64,000 bases of DNA. Origin: an uncultured Solirubrobacteraceae bacterium (GTDB lineage Bacteria > Actinomycetota > Thermoleophilia > Solirubrobacterales > Solirubrobacteraceae). The position numbers and the translations under genes are program-made. This document shows positions 22,621-32,855 of the stretch, piece after piece. Numbering within the stretch: position 1 is the first letter of the stretch; each line of letters begins with the position of its first letter. The stretch is taken from contig CAZPQW010000001.1 in the NCBI GenBank assembly GCA_964588985.1, positions 160,001 through 224,000 on the forward strand, read 5' to 3'. The notes below the pieces were generated by a model, which made no database searches, had not been told where the DNA came from, and saw only the letters and a program-made list of their open reading frames with translations.

Positions 22621-23403
22621 GTGGCTCCCGTCAACCGTGTCAAGGAACGACTAGAGGCAGGCGAAACCGTGTTTGGCACGTGGCTTCAGACCGCGTCGCT
22701 CACCGTGGCCAACATCCTTGCCCACAGCGGGATGGATTTCGTGACAGTGGACATGGAGCACGGTCCCGCCAGCTTCTCGGAGGCCGAGGCGATCATGTAC
22801 GCGGTGGAGGCGGGGGGCAGCACGCCCATGATTCGCCTCGGCGACGGAAGCGCCCCGAATATTCTGAAGGCTTGCGATGTTGGGTGTCAGGGCATTCTCG
22901 TCGCCCACGTGCAGACCGCGGATGAGGCCGCGGACATCGTTCGCGCGATGCGGTTCGCGCCTGAGGGGGAGCGAGGCATGGCCCCGTTCACCCGCTTGCA
23001 CGACTGGTCCGCCGAAGATCTCGCACGGAAGTTGGCTGACGCCAACCGCTGGCAGCTGGCGGGCATTCTGGTTGAGGATCGGGTCGGCCTCGAGAACCTC
23101 GACGACATACTCGCGGTCGACGGGCTCGACCTCGTCTACCTCGGTATCTACGACATATCGCAGGCCGTCGGCCTTCCTGGGCAGGTCGATCACCCCGCGG
23201 TGCTGGAGACCGTGTCGTCGGCCGTGAGCCGTATCAACGACGCGGGCAAGGCGGCGGGGGCGGTAGCGCGTGACGCCGACCATCTCAGATGGCTCCTGAA
23301 AACCGGATTTCGCTATATCTCCTATCTCTGCGACACCGCGCTGATCACGCAGCGGGCGCGAGCTGTGAGAGCCGACTTCGAGGAGATCGTGCGCAATGGC
23401 TGA
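22621..23403 (+). CDS. HpcH/HpaI class II pyruvate aldolase
   Basis: DFVTVDMEHG, RFAPEGERG, LVED, GIYDIS. TAGTCT -10-like element at 22607-22612. Confidence 0.9.
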   Translation: MAPVNRVKERLEAGETVFGTWLQTASLTVANILAHSGMDFVTVDMEHGPASFSEAEAIMYAVEAGGSTPMIRLGDGSAPNILKACDVGCQGILVAHVQTADEAADIVRAMRFAPEGERGMAPFTRLHDWSAEDLARKLADANRWQLAGILVEDRVGLENLDDILAVDGLDLVYLGIYDISQAVGLPGQVDHPAVLETVSSAVSRINDAGKAAGAVARDADHLRWLLKTGFRYISYLCDTALITQRARAVRADFEEIVRNG

Positions 23404-24457
23404 TTCGAGCGAAATCCTTCGCGTGGGCGTGGCCGGCTATGGAAGCACCGGGCAGATACGGCGAAAGCACATCGACGCCCATCCACGCATGCAGACCGTT
23501 GCCGTGTGCGATCGCACCGTGGCCACGGCGGGTGAGACGGTGGATGGCGTGCGGATGTGGACCAATTGGGAGCAGCTCCTGGAGGAGGAGCTGGACGTGC
23601 TGTTCGTGTGCCTCTGGAACGACATCGCTCCGACGGTGGTGATGGAAGGCCTCAAACGCGGTCTGCACGTTTTCTGCGAGAAGCCACCCGGTCGCACGAT
23701 CGAGGATGTCATCAGGGTTCGCGAGGTGGAGCAGGCCCATCCTCAGCTCAAGCTCAAGTACGGGTTCAATCACCGTTACCACCAGTCGGTGCGCGACGCT
23801 CTCAAGATCATCCAGAGCGGCGATCTCGGCGCTGTGGTGGATCTACGTGGCGTGTACGGAAAGTCGAAGATGATCCGCTTCGATCAGGATTGGCGGACGA
23901 AGCGAGAGATCGCCGGTGGGGGGATCCTCCTCGATCAGGGGATTCACATGGTCGACATGATGCGCCTGTTCGCCGGTGAATTCGTGGATATTCACTCCCA
24001 CATCTCCAATGCCTTCTGGTGTCATGACGTCGAGGACAACGCGTATGCGCTGATGCGCACCGCGGATGGAATCGTCGCCATGTTGCACTCGTCGGCCACC
24101 CAGTGGCGGCACCGCTTTGGGCTCGACATCACCCTCAAGGAGGGCGGGCTCTCGCTCTCGGGGATCCTGTCCTCGTCCAGGAGCTACGGCGCTGAGACCC
24201 TCACCGTGGTTTACAGGGGCAACGACGATCTCGGCGATCCCCGTGAAGTGACGACCCGCTACAACGAGGACCAGTCTTGGCACGACGAGATCGAGGAGTT
24301 CGCACGGGCGATCATCGCCAACCGCGAGATCCGCCACGGGTCCTCGCTGGAGGCTCTCAAGACCATGCAATTGGTGTACGACATATACGCCGCGGACCGA
24401 GACTGGGCGGCCCGCTGGCTGGAACCCGCGGAGGCGCTGCCGGGGGGAGCGCGGTGA
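23396..24457 (+). CDS. Gfo/Idh/MocA family oxidoreductase
   Basis: GVAGYG, HVFCEKP, GFNHRY, GGGILLDQGIH. Confidence 0.92.
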   Translation: MADSSEILRVGVAGYGSTGQIRRKHIDAHPRMQTVAVCDRTVATAGETVDGVRMWTNWEQLLEEELDVLFVCLWNDIAPTVVMEGLKRGLHVFCEKPPGRTIEDVIRVREVEQAHPQLKLKYGFNHRYHQSVRDALKIIQSGDLGAVVDLRGVYGKSKMIRFDQDWRTKREIAGGGILLDQGIHMVDMMRLFAGEFVDIHSHISNAFWCHDVEDNAYALMRTADGIVAMLHSSATQWRHRFGLDITLKEGGLSLSGILSSSRSYGAETLTVVYRGNDDLGDPREVTTRYNEDQSWHDEIEEFARAIIANREIRHGSSLEALKTMQLVYDIYAADRDWAARWLEPAEALPGGAR

Positions 24458-25068
24458 ACAACGTCGAGCGGCTCTTTCACGAGCATCCGGAGGCGGTTGA
24501 CTTCGCCGACGGTTATCTGAGCTATCTGAGCCACGTGTTCGCGCGGATCGATCGCGACGCGATCGCGGCGTTCATCGATGTGCTGGAGCGCGCGCGCACC
24601 TCGGGTGGGACCGTCTTCTTCTGCGGGAACGGCGGCTCGGCGGCTACCGCGAGCCATTTCCAGAACGACCTCACACGGTGGCGCACGAACCCGATGAGGG
24701 TCGTGAGCTTGACCGACAACGTGGCCGTCATCACCGCCCTCGGGAACGACTACGGCTACGAGCGCATCTTCGTGATGCAGCTCGAGCCGCTGCTCACCGA
24801 GGGCGACGTCGTCGTGGCGATCTCCGCGTCGGGCAACTCGCCCAACGTCGTGCAGGCGATCGAGTTCGCCAACGAGCGCAATGCCACGACAGTTGGACTC
24901 ACAGGTTTCGACGGAGGCCGGCTCGGCGAGCTCTGCGGCATCCACGTCCACGTACCGTCGGCGCGAGGAGAGTACGGGCCGGTCGAGGACGCGCACATGG
25001 TGCTGGACCATCTCGTCATGTCCTATCTGTGGGAGAAGTGGGCGCGCGAGGGCAAGGACGACACGTGA
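24454..25068 (+). CDS. SIS-domain sugar-phosphate isomerase (GmhA-like)
   Basis: CGNGGSAA, ALGNDYGY, ISASGNSPN, EDAH. GTGA overlap. Confidence 0.9.
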   Translation: MNNVERLFHEHPEAVDFADGYLSYLSHVFARIDRDAIAAFIDVLERARTSGGTVFFCGNGGSAATASHFQNDLTRWRTNPMRVVSLTDNVAVITALGNDYGYERIFVMQLEPLLTEGDVVVAISASGNSPNVVQAIEFANERNATTVGLTGFDGGRLGELCGIHVHVPSARGEYGPVEDAHMVLDHLVMSYLWEKWAREGKDDT

Positions 25069-26015
25069 GCGAGCGGGACCCCACGCCCGTGGCGGTCACC
25101 TCCCGCTCCTTCTCCCGCAACGAGGTTCTCCGAGCTGAGACGCTCGCGCGCTACGAGCGGGTCAAGTTCAACGACGAGGGCCTTTCGCTCGACGGAGACT
25201 CCCTGGTCGACTTTCTCGCCGGCCACCCGCTGGCGATCACCGCCCTGGAGAAGATCGACGACGAAGTCCTCGAGCGCCTCCCGGACCTCGAGGCGATCTC
25301 GAAGGTGGGAGTGGGGATCGACATGATCGACCTCGAGGCGATGGAGCGTCACGGCGTGCGCCTCGCCTGGTCGCGCGGAACCAATTCGCGTTCGGTATCC
25401 GAGTTGGCGCTCTCGTTCATGCTCGCGCTTCTGAGACATCTGCCGTCCGTCACGAAACTGGCGCGTCGGGGAGAGTGGCGCCAGGTTCAGGGCAACACGC
25501 TCACCGGTCGAACAGTGGGCATCGTTGGCTTTGGGCATGTGGGACGCGACCTTGCCGGCCTGCTGTCCGCCTTCTCCTGCCGGGTGCTCGCATATGACGT
25601 CGCGGCGCTCGCGGACCTCCCCGCCCACGTCGAGCAGTCGAGCCTGGAGTCGCTCCTGGCCGACAGCGAGATCGTGACGCTGCACACGGTGCTCAGCGAG
25701 GACACGCGGAACCTCCTCGACCGGGAGCGGATCGACTCGATGCGTTCGGGTGCGCTGGTGATCAACACATCGCGGGGGGGCTTGGTCGACGAGGAGGCGC
25801 TCTACGACGCGCTGTCTTCGGGGCATCTGGCCGGCGCCGCGCTGGACGTGTTCTCGAGTGAGCCGCCCGGGGATCATCCTCTGCTCGGCCTCGATCAGGT
25901 GATCGTCACTCCTCACATCGGTGGGAGCACCGCAGAGGCGGTTCTGGCGATGGGCAGGGCCGCGATCATGGGGCTGGCCGAGGCGACTCCCGTCCGGGAG
26001 TTGAGCGGCGGCTGA
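25065..26015 (+). CDS. D-isomer-specific 2-hydroxyacid dehydrogenase (PGDH-like, no ACT domain)
   Basis: GVGIDMID, GIVGFGHVG, INTSRG, ALDVF, TPHIGG. GTGA overlap. Confidence 0.92.
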   Translation: MSERDPTPVAVTSRSFSRNEVLRAETLARYERVKFNDEGLSLDGDSLVDFLAGHPLAITALEKIDDEVLERLPDLEAISKVGVGIDMIDLEAMERHGVRLAWSRGTNSRSVSELALSFMLALLRHLPSVTKLARRGEWRQVQGNTLTGRTVGIVGFGHVGRDLAGLLSAFSCRVLAYDVAALADLPAHVEQSSLESLLADSEIVTLHTVLSEDTRNLLDRERIDSMRSGALVINTSRGGLVDEEALYDALSSGHLAGAALDVFSSEPPGDHPLLGLDQVIVTPHIGGSTAEAVLAMGRAAIMGLAEATPVRELSGG

Positions 26016-26097
26016 TCGATCGGGAGAGTCGGGGGTTAGACGCACGCGGCAACTCAGGGGGTATCGTTCGCGTTCCAATGAGCCGAACTTCCCAGCG

Positions 26098-26832
26098 ATG
26101 ACCGTGCGAGCGGTTGCCAAGGCAGCGCTTCGTCGCGTTGGATTGGAAGATCAAGCCAGGCAGCTGTTCGCAATGCGGACTGCGCATAGCCGGCGCGGGC
26201 TGCGTGACGATCGCCAGCTCGGATATTTCATGACGGCAACCCTGAGGCACGATTCCAACTGTGTGGATGTCGGCGCTCATAGAGGCGCGGTGCTCGAGCA
26301 AATGGTGAGACTCGCCCCCGCAGGTCGCCACCTCGCCTTCGAGCCAATCCCTACTTTTTGTCAGACCTTGTGCGAGCGGTTTCCAAAGGTGGAGGTACAC
26401 GGTTGCGCTCTCGCCGACGTCGATGGTGAAACGACGTTCCACGTCGCGGAGAACCCTGAATTGAGTGGGATTCAGCAGCGCGAATGGCTGAATACCGGCT
26501 ACGACTCGATCGAAGTGCCGGTGCGTACCCTCGACAGCGTCGTGGCTGCCGACCGGCAGGTCGACTTTCTCAAGATCGATGTCGAGGGAGCTCAGGTGCT
26601 TGTTCTTCGTGGTGCCGAGCGCATCCTCTCGACCGACCGTCCCGCAATCTGGGTCGAGCATGGCGCACGCTCGGCCAGCGCTCACGGCACGGAGTCACAT
26701 GAGCTCTGGGAGATCCTGAGCCTGCACGGGTACCGCATGTGGACGGCTGACGGCGAGGGTCCTCTGGACCTGCCGGCCTTTCTCTCGTCGGGTAGGGACA
26801 AGCCGATGTGGACGTTCATGGCCCACCGCTAG
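26098..26832 (+). CDS. FkbM family methyltransferase
   Basis: VDVGAHRG, AFEP, LKIDVEGA. Confidence 0.9.
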   Translation: MTVRAVAKAALRRVGLEDQARQLFAMRTAHSRRGLRDDRQLGYFMTATLRHDSNCVDVGAHRGAVLEQMVRLAPAGRHLAFEPIPTFCQTLCERFPKVEVHGCALADVDGETTFHVAENPELSGIQQREWLNTGYDSIEVPVRTLDSVVAADRQVDFLKIDVEGAQVLVLRGAERILSTDRPAIWVEHGARSASAHGTESHELWEILSLHGYRMWTADGEGPLDLPAFLSSGRDKPMWTFMAHR

Positions 26833-26853
26833 GTCTCACCCACCACGTCAGCC

Positions 26854-27579
26854 CTAGACCGGCGTGAGAGGCTCCTGTGGAGCGGGCGGAGAGAGCAATT
26901 GGCCAGCTTCGCGGTCCACGAGCAGGATGGCGTTCTTCGGCTCCACGCGACCGGCTGGGATGGTCGGATCGGACGCTGCAAGCCTACGGCACATCTCGGC
27001 TTTCGATGGCCCGACGGCCAGCCACAGGAGCCTCTCCGCGCGGTTGATGAATGGATAGGTCATGCTCATCCGCGCCAGACCGTTGAATGCATCCACGCAC
27101 CAGATCCCACGATCTGCGATTTCGAGGATGGGGTCCCCCGGAGCCAGCGAGGCGGTGTGGCCGTCGTCGCCCAGGCCCAGCTGGAGAATGTCGAGCGCCG
27201 CCCCGTCCGTGACGCGCAGCAACTCGTCTTCGTAGCGTCGGCAGGCCGCCACCAGATCCTCGCTCTCCACCGGCATCGGGTGAACGTTCTCGCTTGGGAT
27301 GGGTACGCGCTCCAGAAGGCAATCCGTGAGCTGCGTGAGGTTCCGGTCGCCGTCGCCGGCGGGCGCGACGCGCTCGTCGACCTGGAATATGTGCACTCGG
27401 CTCCATGGCATGGGCAGCGCAGCGAGCTCGCGGAACATGACCTGAGGGGTGCGTCCTCCGCTCACGCCGAGCGAGTAGCAGCCTGGCCGAGTCGCGAGCG
27501 TCTCTTCGCAGTGATCGAGAATGAGTTTCGCCGCCGATCGCGCCAGATCACGCGCATCGACGAAGCTCCTGACCTCCAT
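26854..27579 (-). CDS. pgl: 6-phosphogluconolactonase family protein
   Basis: SGGRTP, VDERV, LGLGDDGHTASL. TATCCT 6 nt upstream of ATG suggests a leaderless transcript. Confidence 0.88.
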   Translation of the reverse strand: MEVRSFVDARDLARSAAKLILDHCEETLATRPGCYSLGVSGGRTPQVMFRELAALPMPWSRVHIFQVDERVAPAGDGDRNLTQLTDCLLERVPIPSENVHPMPVESEDLVAACRRYEDELLRVTDGAALDILQLGLGDDGHTASLAPGDPILEIADRGIWCVDAFNGLARMSMTYPFINRAERLLWLAVGPSKAEMCRRLAASDPTIPAGRVEPKNAILLVDREAGQLLSPPAPQEPLTPV

Positions 27580-27621
27580 GAAGGAAGGATATCCGCGACC
27601 GCGCTATGCGATGATGGGGGT

Positions 27622-28314
27622 ATGGACAGCGAGCGCCAGCCCAAGATCGCGGCGATCGTGCCGATGCGGCATTTCAGCCGCCGCGTGTCTGGAAAGAACT
27701 ATCGGATTCTCGGCGACAAGCCGTTGTATCGCTACATCGTCGACACGCTGCTGTCGGTGCCGGAGATCACCGAGGTGATAGTCGACACCGACAGCGATCT
27801 GATCATCGAGGATGTGGAGCAGCACATTCCTCAGGTCCGGATCGTGCGGCGTCCGGAGCATCTCCGCAGTGAGATGCAGGTGATGAACGAGATCCTGCTC
27901 AACACGGTCACGCAGGTGGAGGCGGATTACTACCTGCAGACCCACAGCACCAACCCGCTGCTGAAGCGTGAGACGATCAGCCATGCGATCGCGATGTTCC
28001 TCGCCGCGCGCGACACCCACGACTCGCTGTTCTCCGTAACGCCTCTCCAAACTCGCCTGTGGACAGCGGACGGTCGTCCGCTGAATCACGATCCGGACCA
28101 CCTGATCCGCACGCAGGATCTCGAGCCGGCGATGGAGGAGAACTCGTGCATCTACATCTTCCGGCGCGACATCCTGGAGGCACGGAACAATCGCATCGGC
28201 GCCCATCCGCTCGTGTTCGTCATGGATCCGGCGGAGGCGATCGACATCGACACCGAGCTGGACTGGCGGATCGCCGAGGCGACGCTTGACCTTGCGGAGA
28301 GCCCGACGGCGTGA
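27622..28314 (+). CDS. Acylneuraminate/ulosonate cytidylyltransferase family (NeuA/KdsB-like)
   Basis: IVPMR..S.RV.GKN, VDTDS, TNPL, DIDTELD. Confidence 0.9.
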   Translation: MDSERQPKIAAIVPMRHFSRRVSGKNYRILGDKPLYRYIVDTLLSVPEITEVIVDTDSDLIIEDVEQHIPQVRIVRRPEHLRSEMQVMNEILLNTVTQVEADYYLQTHSTNPLLKRETISHAIAMFLAARDTHDSLFSVTPLQTRLWTADGRPLNHDPDHLIRTQDLEPAMEENSCIYIFRRDILEARNNRIGAHPLVFVMDPAEAIDIDTELDWRIAEATLDLAESPTA

Positions 28315-29156
28315 ACCTCAACGATCCGATCGGCAGCGCGGATCACTGGCTGAAGTGCTTCCATCGCGCGGCGGAGCGCGCCACCGAGGAGCTCGATCGT
28401 CGCCCGGACATCGATTCGCGTCTGCGCGAGGTCGGAACCGTCGGTGCCGGAGGGGACCGCACTCTCGAGATAGATGCGCTGGCCGAGGACGCCGTGTTCG
28501 ACGAGCTGGATGGGCTTGCCCGTGAAGGGGCCTCTTTCACCGCGGTGTCGGAGGAGCGGGGCGTGGTGACCTATGGCACTGGCGAAATGCGCGTGGTCAT
28601 CGACCCGATCGACGGCTCGCTGAACGCCAAGCGAGGTCTGGGCCACTGCGCGATGTCGATCGCGGTGGCGGATGGGCCGACGGTCGAGGACCTGGCGTTG
28701 GCGTTCGTGTGGGATTTCGGTACGCGCGAGACTTTCCACGCGGTGCGCGGCGGTGGGGCGTTCTTGGACGGGGCGCGGGTCGAACCGCTCTCAGAGGAGC
28801 GCCTGACCGAGGATGGGCGGTTGGAGCTGCTGTGCGTCGAGACGAGCGACGCGCGACGGACGGCGGAGATGGCGGCGCCGCTCGCTGAGATCGCGTACCG
28901 GTGGCGCATCCTCGGCTCGATAGCGTCGGCGATGTGCCAGGTGGCGACGCCTCGGGCCGACGCGATGGTGAACGTCACGCGCTGCCGTATCGTCGATGCG
29001 GCGGCGGGCGCGCTGATCGTCCGCGAGAGCGGAGGGGTCGTGCGATTCGAGGCGGGCGAACGCGTACCCCTGGACCTGGCGCAACGCACGTCGCTGTGCG
29101 CCTCGCGCACTCCTTCGCATGCCGGCAAACTGCTAGCGTGCCTTGCCGCTGCCTGA
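28311..29156 (+). CDS. Inositol monophosphatase family sugar phosphatase
   Basis: SEE, IDPIDGSLN, DAAAGALIVRESGG. Confidence 0.9.
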   Translation: MNLNDPIGSADHWLKCFHRAAERATEELDRRPDIDSRLREVGTVGAGGDRTLEIDALAEDAVFDELDGLAREGASFTAVSEERGVVTYGTGEMRVVIDPIDGSLNAKRGLGHCAMSIAVADGPTVEDLALAFVWDFGTRETFHAVRGGGAFLDGARVEPLSEERLTEDGRLELLCVETSDARRTAEMAAPLAEIAYRWRILGSIASAMCQVATPRADAMVNVTRCRIVDAAAGALIVRESGGVVRFEAGERVPLDLAQRTSLCASRTPSHAGKLLACLAAA

Positions 29157-29174
29157 TGTAATCACCAGCCGACG

Positions 29175-30743
29175 ATGACCGTTAGCGATCTGAACATCAT
29201 GCGTATGCCTCGCCGGTTTGGTGGGGGACGCTCACCCGTCGGCCTCGGTGTTCTAGGGATCGCAAGCGCCGGCGTATCCGTCGGCCTGGGCGCCCTCGTT
29301 GCCAGCGAACACTACTCCAAGGTCGTCGAGGGCCTGCTCGTCTTCATAGCGCTCGTGATGCTGATATCGCGCTTCGGGCTGGGCATCTGGCTTGCCCTCC
29401 TCGTACTCGGCAGCATCGATGCCCTGCCCGGATCCGAGCTCGAGACCATCGAAACGCCGCTGCTGCACATCTATGTGACGGATACGTTGATCGTGGTCCT
29501 GATACTCACCCTTTTGGCTGACAACTATCGCGACGACTTCAGGCGCCTCGTCGATACGCCCGTGCGTCGCATGCTCTGCATGTGGTCAGGCGCGCTTGTT
29601 CTGCTTTGGCTGGTCACGGTGGCGCGCTCCTATGGATGGGCGGAAATCCCGCTCACCCACGCGATGGACTTTGGGCGAGACTTCCTGTTCTTCGCCCTGC
29701 TGCTGCCTCTCTTCGCGGCGACGCTCTCGCGGGCGCGTGTACGACTGGTGATGCTGGCCACGTTGGCGGTCGGCGTGGTAATGGTCGACGTCACCGAGAT
29801 CCTTTCCACCGTCACCCACAAAGCGTTGACATTCTGGGTCCATGCCCAGAAGCGCACGGTTGAAGGTGCCGGTATCACGCGCCTCTACGTGAGCTCCCAG
29901 TACCTGTCGGTCGCCGCCGCGATGCTCGGCGTTGGGCTGCTGCTCCTGGCGCGGGACCGGAGGCTGAGGCTGCTGGGAGCTCTGTTGGCACTGCTTTCGA
30001 TAGCCGCGGTGGCGCTGGAGCGCACGCGAGCTCAGTATGTGGGCGGCATTGTCGGTCTGGCCGTGGCGCTGATCGTGTGGTTGGCGATCAATCGAAACGC
30101 GGCTCGCCTCAGCAGGCGACGCGTGGCTCGGCTGTTTCTTGGGCTGACCACACTTGGCGTGGTGGTAGCGCTCGCCGGTCCCCCTCAGATAACCAACAAC
30201 GCGCTGAGCGGCATCGAAGAACGATTCTCCTCGGTGATTACAGCTCTCTCGTCGAACAACTCAGCGACGTCCACGGTGGCGTATCGCGAGAAAGAGGCAT
30301 CGGGGTTGGAGCAGGTGCTTGGATCGAAATGGGCCTTTGGGCTCGGCTTCCTCGACCCGAGGAGCCATTACATCGTGAGTCTCCGAAGAGGCTCCATTCG
30401 CAACGGCGACGTGGGTGTGCTCAACGCCGTGATGACGATGGGCGTAATCGGCGCATTCCTCATCTACTTTCCACTCGTGTTCATACTGGCTGGTCTGATC
30501 CGGCGCGCCGCATCTGGTCTGGAGCCGCCACACGAATCGTGGATCACGTTTGGAGTTGTCGCGTGGATCGTGTCGTCGCTCACCTCGTCGGTGACCCTGG
30601 TGAGTCTGTTTGGGGCTCCGGGCCTTTGCATCGCGGCATTGACGCTGGCCATCGGGACGACATGCATGACGCCCGAGCTCGCCGACGCCAAGCAGCGAAT
30701 CGCGCGACGGCATGCGCTCAGGGCGCCGCAGCCAGCCTCTTGA
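29175..30743 (+). CDS. Polytopic membrane protein, O-antigen ligase/Wzy-like
   Basis: About 12 TM segments; ERTRA, AYR..E, FGLGF, D.G.L......GVIG pattern. Confidence 0.75.
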   Translation: MTVSDLNIMRMPRRFGGGRSPVGLGVLGIASAGVSVGLGALVASEHYSKVVEGLLVFIALVMLISRFGLGIWLALLVLGSIDALPGSELETIETPLLHIYVTDTLIVVLILTLLADNYRDDFRRLVDTPVRRMLCMWSGALVLLWLVTVARSYGWAEIPLTHAMDFGRDFLFFALLLPLFAATLSRARVRLVMLATLAVGVVMVDVTEILSTVTHKALTFWVHAQKRTVEGAGITRLYVSSQYLSVAAAMLGVGLLLLARDRRLRLLGALLALLSIAAVALERTRAQYVGGIVGLAVALIVWLAINRNAARLSRRRVARLFLGLTTLGVVVALAGPPQITNNALSGIEERFSSVITALSSNNSATSTVAYREKEASGLEQVLGSKWAFGLGFLDPRSHYIVSLRRGSIRNGDVGVLNAVMTMGVIGAFLIYFPLVFILAGLIRRAASGLEPPHESWITFGVVAWIVSSLTSSVTLVSLFGAPGLCIAALTLAIGTTCMTPELADAKQRIARRHALRAPQPAS

Positions 30744-30777
30744 TCTGCTCAGCGATCAGACGACTTGGTGGACGCAG

Positions 30778-31719
30778 TTGAAACGCAGCCTGGTGGCAGT
30801 TGTCCTCTCCTACGGTGACGGCATGCAGTGCCTGGGGCTGCTCGCCGACCTTGCCGCGCACCCCGATCTCGACGCCAGTCGAGTTGTCGTGGTGCACAAC
30901 CCAAGTCGTGCCGGTGAGGTTCTGCGATTCACCGACGACGTGCAGGCAACGATCGTCGAGAACCCGTCGAACCTCGGCTACGCGGGTGGTATGAACGTGG
31001 GGATCGCGCGAGCGCTCGATCTGGAGACTGAGTCGGTGCTCTTTCTCACGCACGATGTTCGCATCGGCGTCAGCGACATCGATGCGCTGTGCGATGCCCT
31101 TGCATCCGATCGGCGATTCGCCGCCGTCGGGCCGGTTCTGTCATCGCCCGATGGCTCGGTCTTCTCCACCGGCATGACACGTAGTGGGCTGCGAGTGAAA
31201 CACCGTGCCACGCGCCGACCGGAAAGCCCGCTTCAGCCCTGGGAGTGCAACGGCTTGGACGGATCTGTGATGCTGTGGCGTGCTTCCGTGCTTGCAGAGC
31301 TCGGAGGGTTCGATAGCCGGTTCTTCATGTACATGGAGGATGTCGAGCTTTGCGCTCGCGCCGCACGTGCCGGCTGGAAGGTCGGCTCGGTCGACGGCGC
31401 GTTCGCGGTGTCAGTCCCGGGCGGACCGCAAAGGAAAGCCGCTCACGCGTACTTGAGGGCTCGCAACGGCTTGGAGTGTGCCCGTGGTCAGGGGGCTCGA
31501 TATGTTGCCCTCGAGGCGGCGGCGCTGCTGCTGGATTACTGGAGGCACACTCCGAAGCCAGGCGGTAGTCGCTTCGGACAGCGCGATTTTCATCTCGCCG
31601 CCCGGGCGTTTCGCCGTGGTGCAACGCTTGGCATCCTCGATTTTCTCCGCGGGCGGTGGGGGCCTCCACCTGCTCGGCTGCTGGGCGAAAGCGATATCGG
31701 CTCCACAAGCGCCAGCTAG
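30778..31719 (+). CDS. Glycosyltransferase family 2 (start uncertain)
   Basis: NLGYAGGMNVG, GGFDSRFFMYMEDVELC, RNG. Confidence 0.88.
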   Translation: MKRSLVAVVLSYGDGMQCLGLLADLAAHPDLDASRVVVVHNPSRAGEVLRFTDDVQATIVENPSNLGYAGGMNVGIARALDLETESVLFLTHDVRIGVSDIDALCDALASDRRFAAVGPVLSSPDGSVFSTGMTRSGLRVKHRATRRPESPLQPWECNGLDGSVMLWRASVLAELGGFDSRFFMYMEDVELCARAARAGWKVGSVDGAFAVSVPGGPQRKAAHAYLRARNGLECARGQGARYVALEAAALLLDYWRHTPKPGGSRFGQRDFHLAARAFRRGATLGILDFLRGRWGPPPARLLGESDIGSTSAS

Positions 31720-31739
31720 CGCTCAGCCTCTCTCGAACG

Positions 31740-32855
31740 CTATTTGGTGAGTCGTCGACTCGCGAGGCCAACCAGCGTCTCGGTGTACGACTCGCACACG
31801 GCCTCCCACGAGTAGCGCTCGCGAATGATCGAACGACCGCGCTGCGCCATCTCCTCTTGCAGCGATCCGGATCCCGTGACAGCCTGAATTCGGTCGGCGA
31901 GCGCGCGGGCGACGTGCGGAAACCGCTGCTCGGGGTAGGGCAGCACCTCGGCGTTGAACGGCGTGTCCAGTGCCAGGGTCGGCGCTCCAGCGCCGAGTGC
32001 TTGCAGCAGCGCCGGGTTCGTACCGCCGACCGAATGGCCATGTACGTATACGGTGCTGTGTGCCCAAAGCTGGGTGAGAAGCCGTTGATCGTCGACGTGG
32101 CCGAGCCACGAGACACGTCCCGCCGCCTCCAGCTGCCGCAGACGTCCTTCGATCGGCGAGTCGAAGTTGGCGCTGCCCACGATCACCGCCTGTGGCGCCT
32201 CATCGCCCAGCAGCTCGAGCGCGTCCAACGTCAGGTCCACGTTGTTCTCGGGCGCCAGACGAGCGACAACCAGCAGATAGGGCTTGACCCCAAGGCCCAT
32301 GGCGTCCAGCCTGTCGCGGCCCACGTCGCTCAGCACCGAGGCGCCGTACGGGATGAAGGTCGAGTCACGACCGAAGATCTTCTTCCAGACGTCCCCGATC
32401 GCGCGAGAGTCGCAGATCAGCGCGTTTGCGTTACGAGCGGTCATCCATGCCCCCGCCCGAAACGTGGCGCGGCCAAGGCGGCTCCACTTACCGCGCTCCC
32501 ACTCGATTCCGTCCGTGTTGACAGCGAACGGCGTGCGAGCCAGACGAAGCATGGGAAACCAGAATCCATTGGCGATGTTGAGAACCAGTATCGAGTCGAA
32601 GCGGCGAAAGCTCGCATCGAGCGTCGCGGTCATGCCAAAGGAAAGCGTCGAGAAGGACTTGGTATCGCGTCCCGGCGTTGCGATGCATCGCACGTCCTCA
32701 GTGATCGAAATCCGCCGACCGTCGTCGCGCGTGCGGCAGTAGACCGTGACTTCGTGCCCGGAGCGGACCAGGTGCGGAGCCAGGTGTCGAACGAGGGTCT
32801 CATAGCCCCCATAGGTGCTCGGAAAGCCACGGCTGCCGATGATCGCGAGCTTCAT
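31740..32855 (-). CDS. Glycosyltransferase family 4 with DUF1972-type N-terminus
   Basis: IIGSRGFPSTYGGYET, NTDGIEWERGKW, ARLAPEN, HGHSVGGTNPALL. Confidence 0.92.
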   Translation of the reverse strand: MKLAIIGSRGFPSTYGGYETLVRHLAPHLVRSGHEVTVYCRTRDDGRRISITEDVRCIATPGRDTKSFSTLSFGMTATLDASFRRFDSILVLNIANGFWFPMLRLARTPFAVNTDGIEWERGKWSRLGRATFRAGAWMTARNANALICDSRAIGDVWKKIFGRDSTFIPYGASVLSDVGRDRLDAMGLGVKPYLLVVARLAPENNVDLTLDALELLGDEAPQAVIVGSANFDSPIEGRLRQLEAAGRVSWLGHVDDQRLLTQLWAHSTVYVHGHSVGGTNPALLQALGAGAPTLALDTPFNAEVLPYPEQRFPHVARALADRIQAVTGSGSLQEEMAQRGRSIIRERYSWEAVCESYTETLVGLASRRLTK

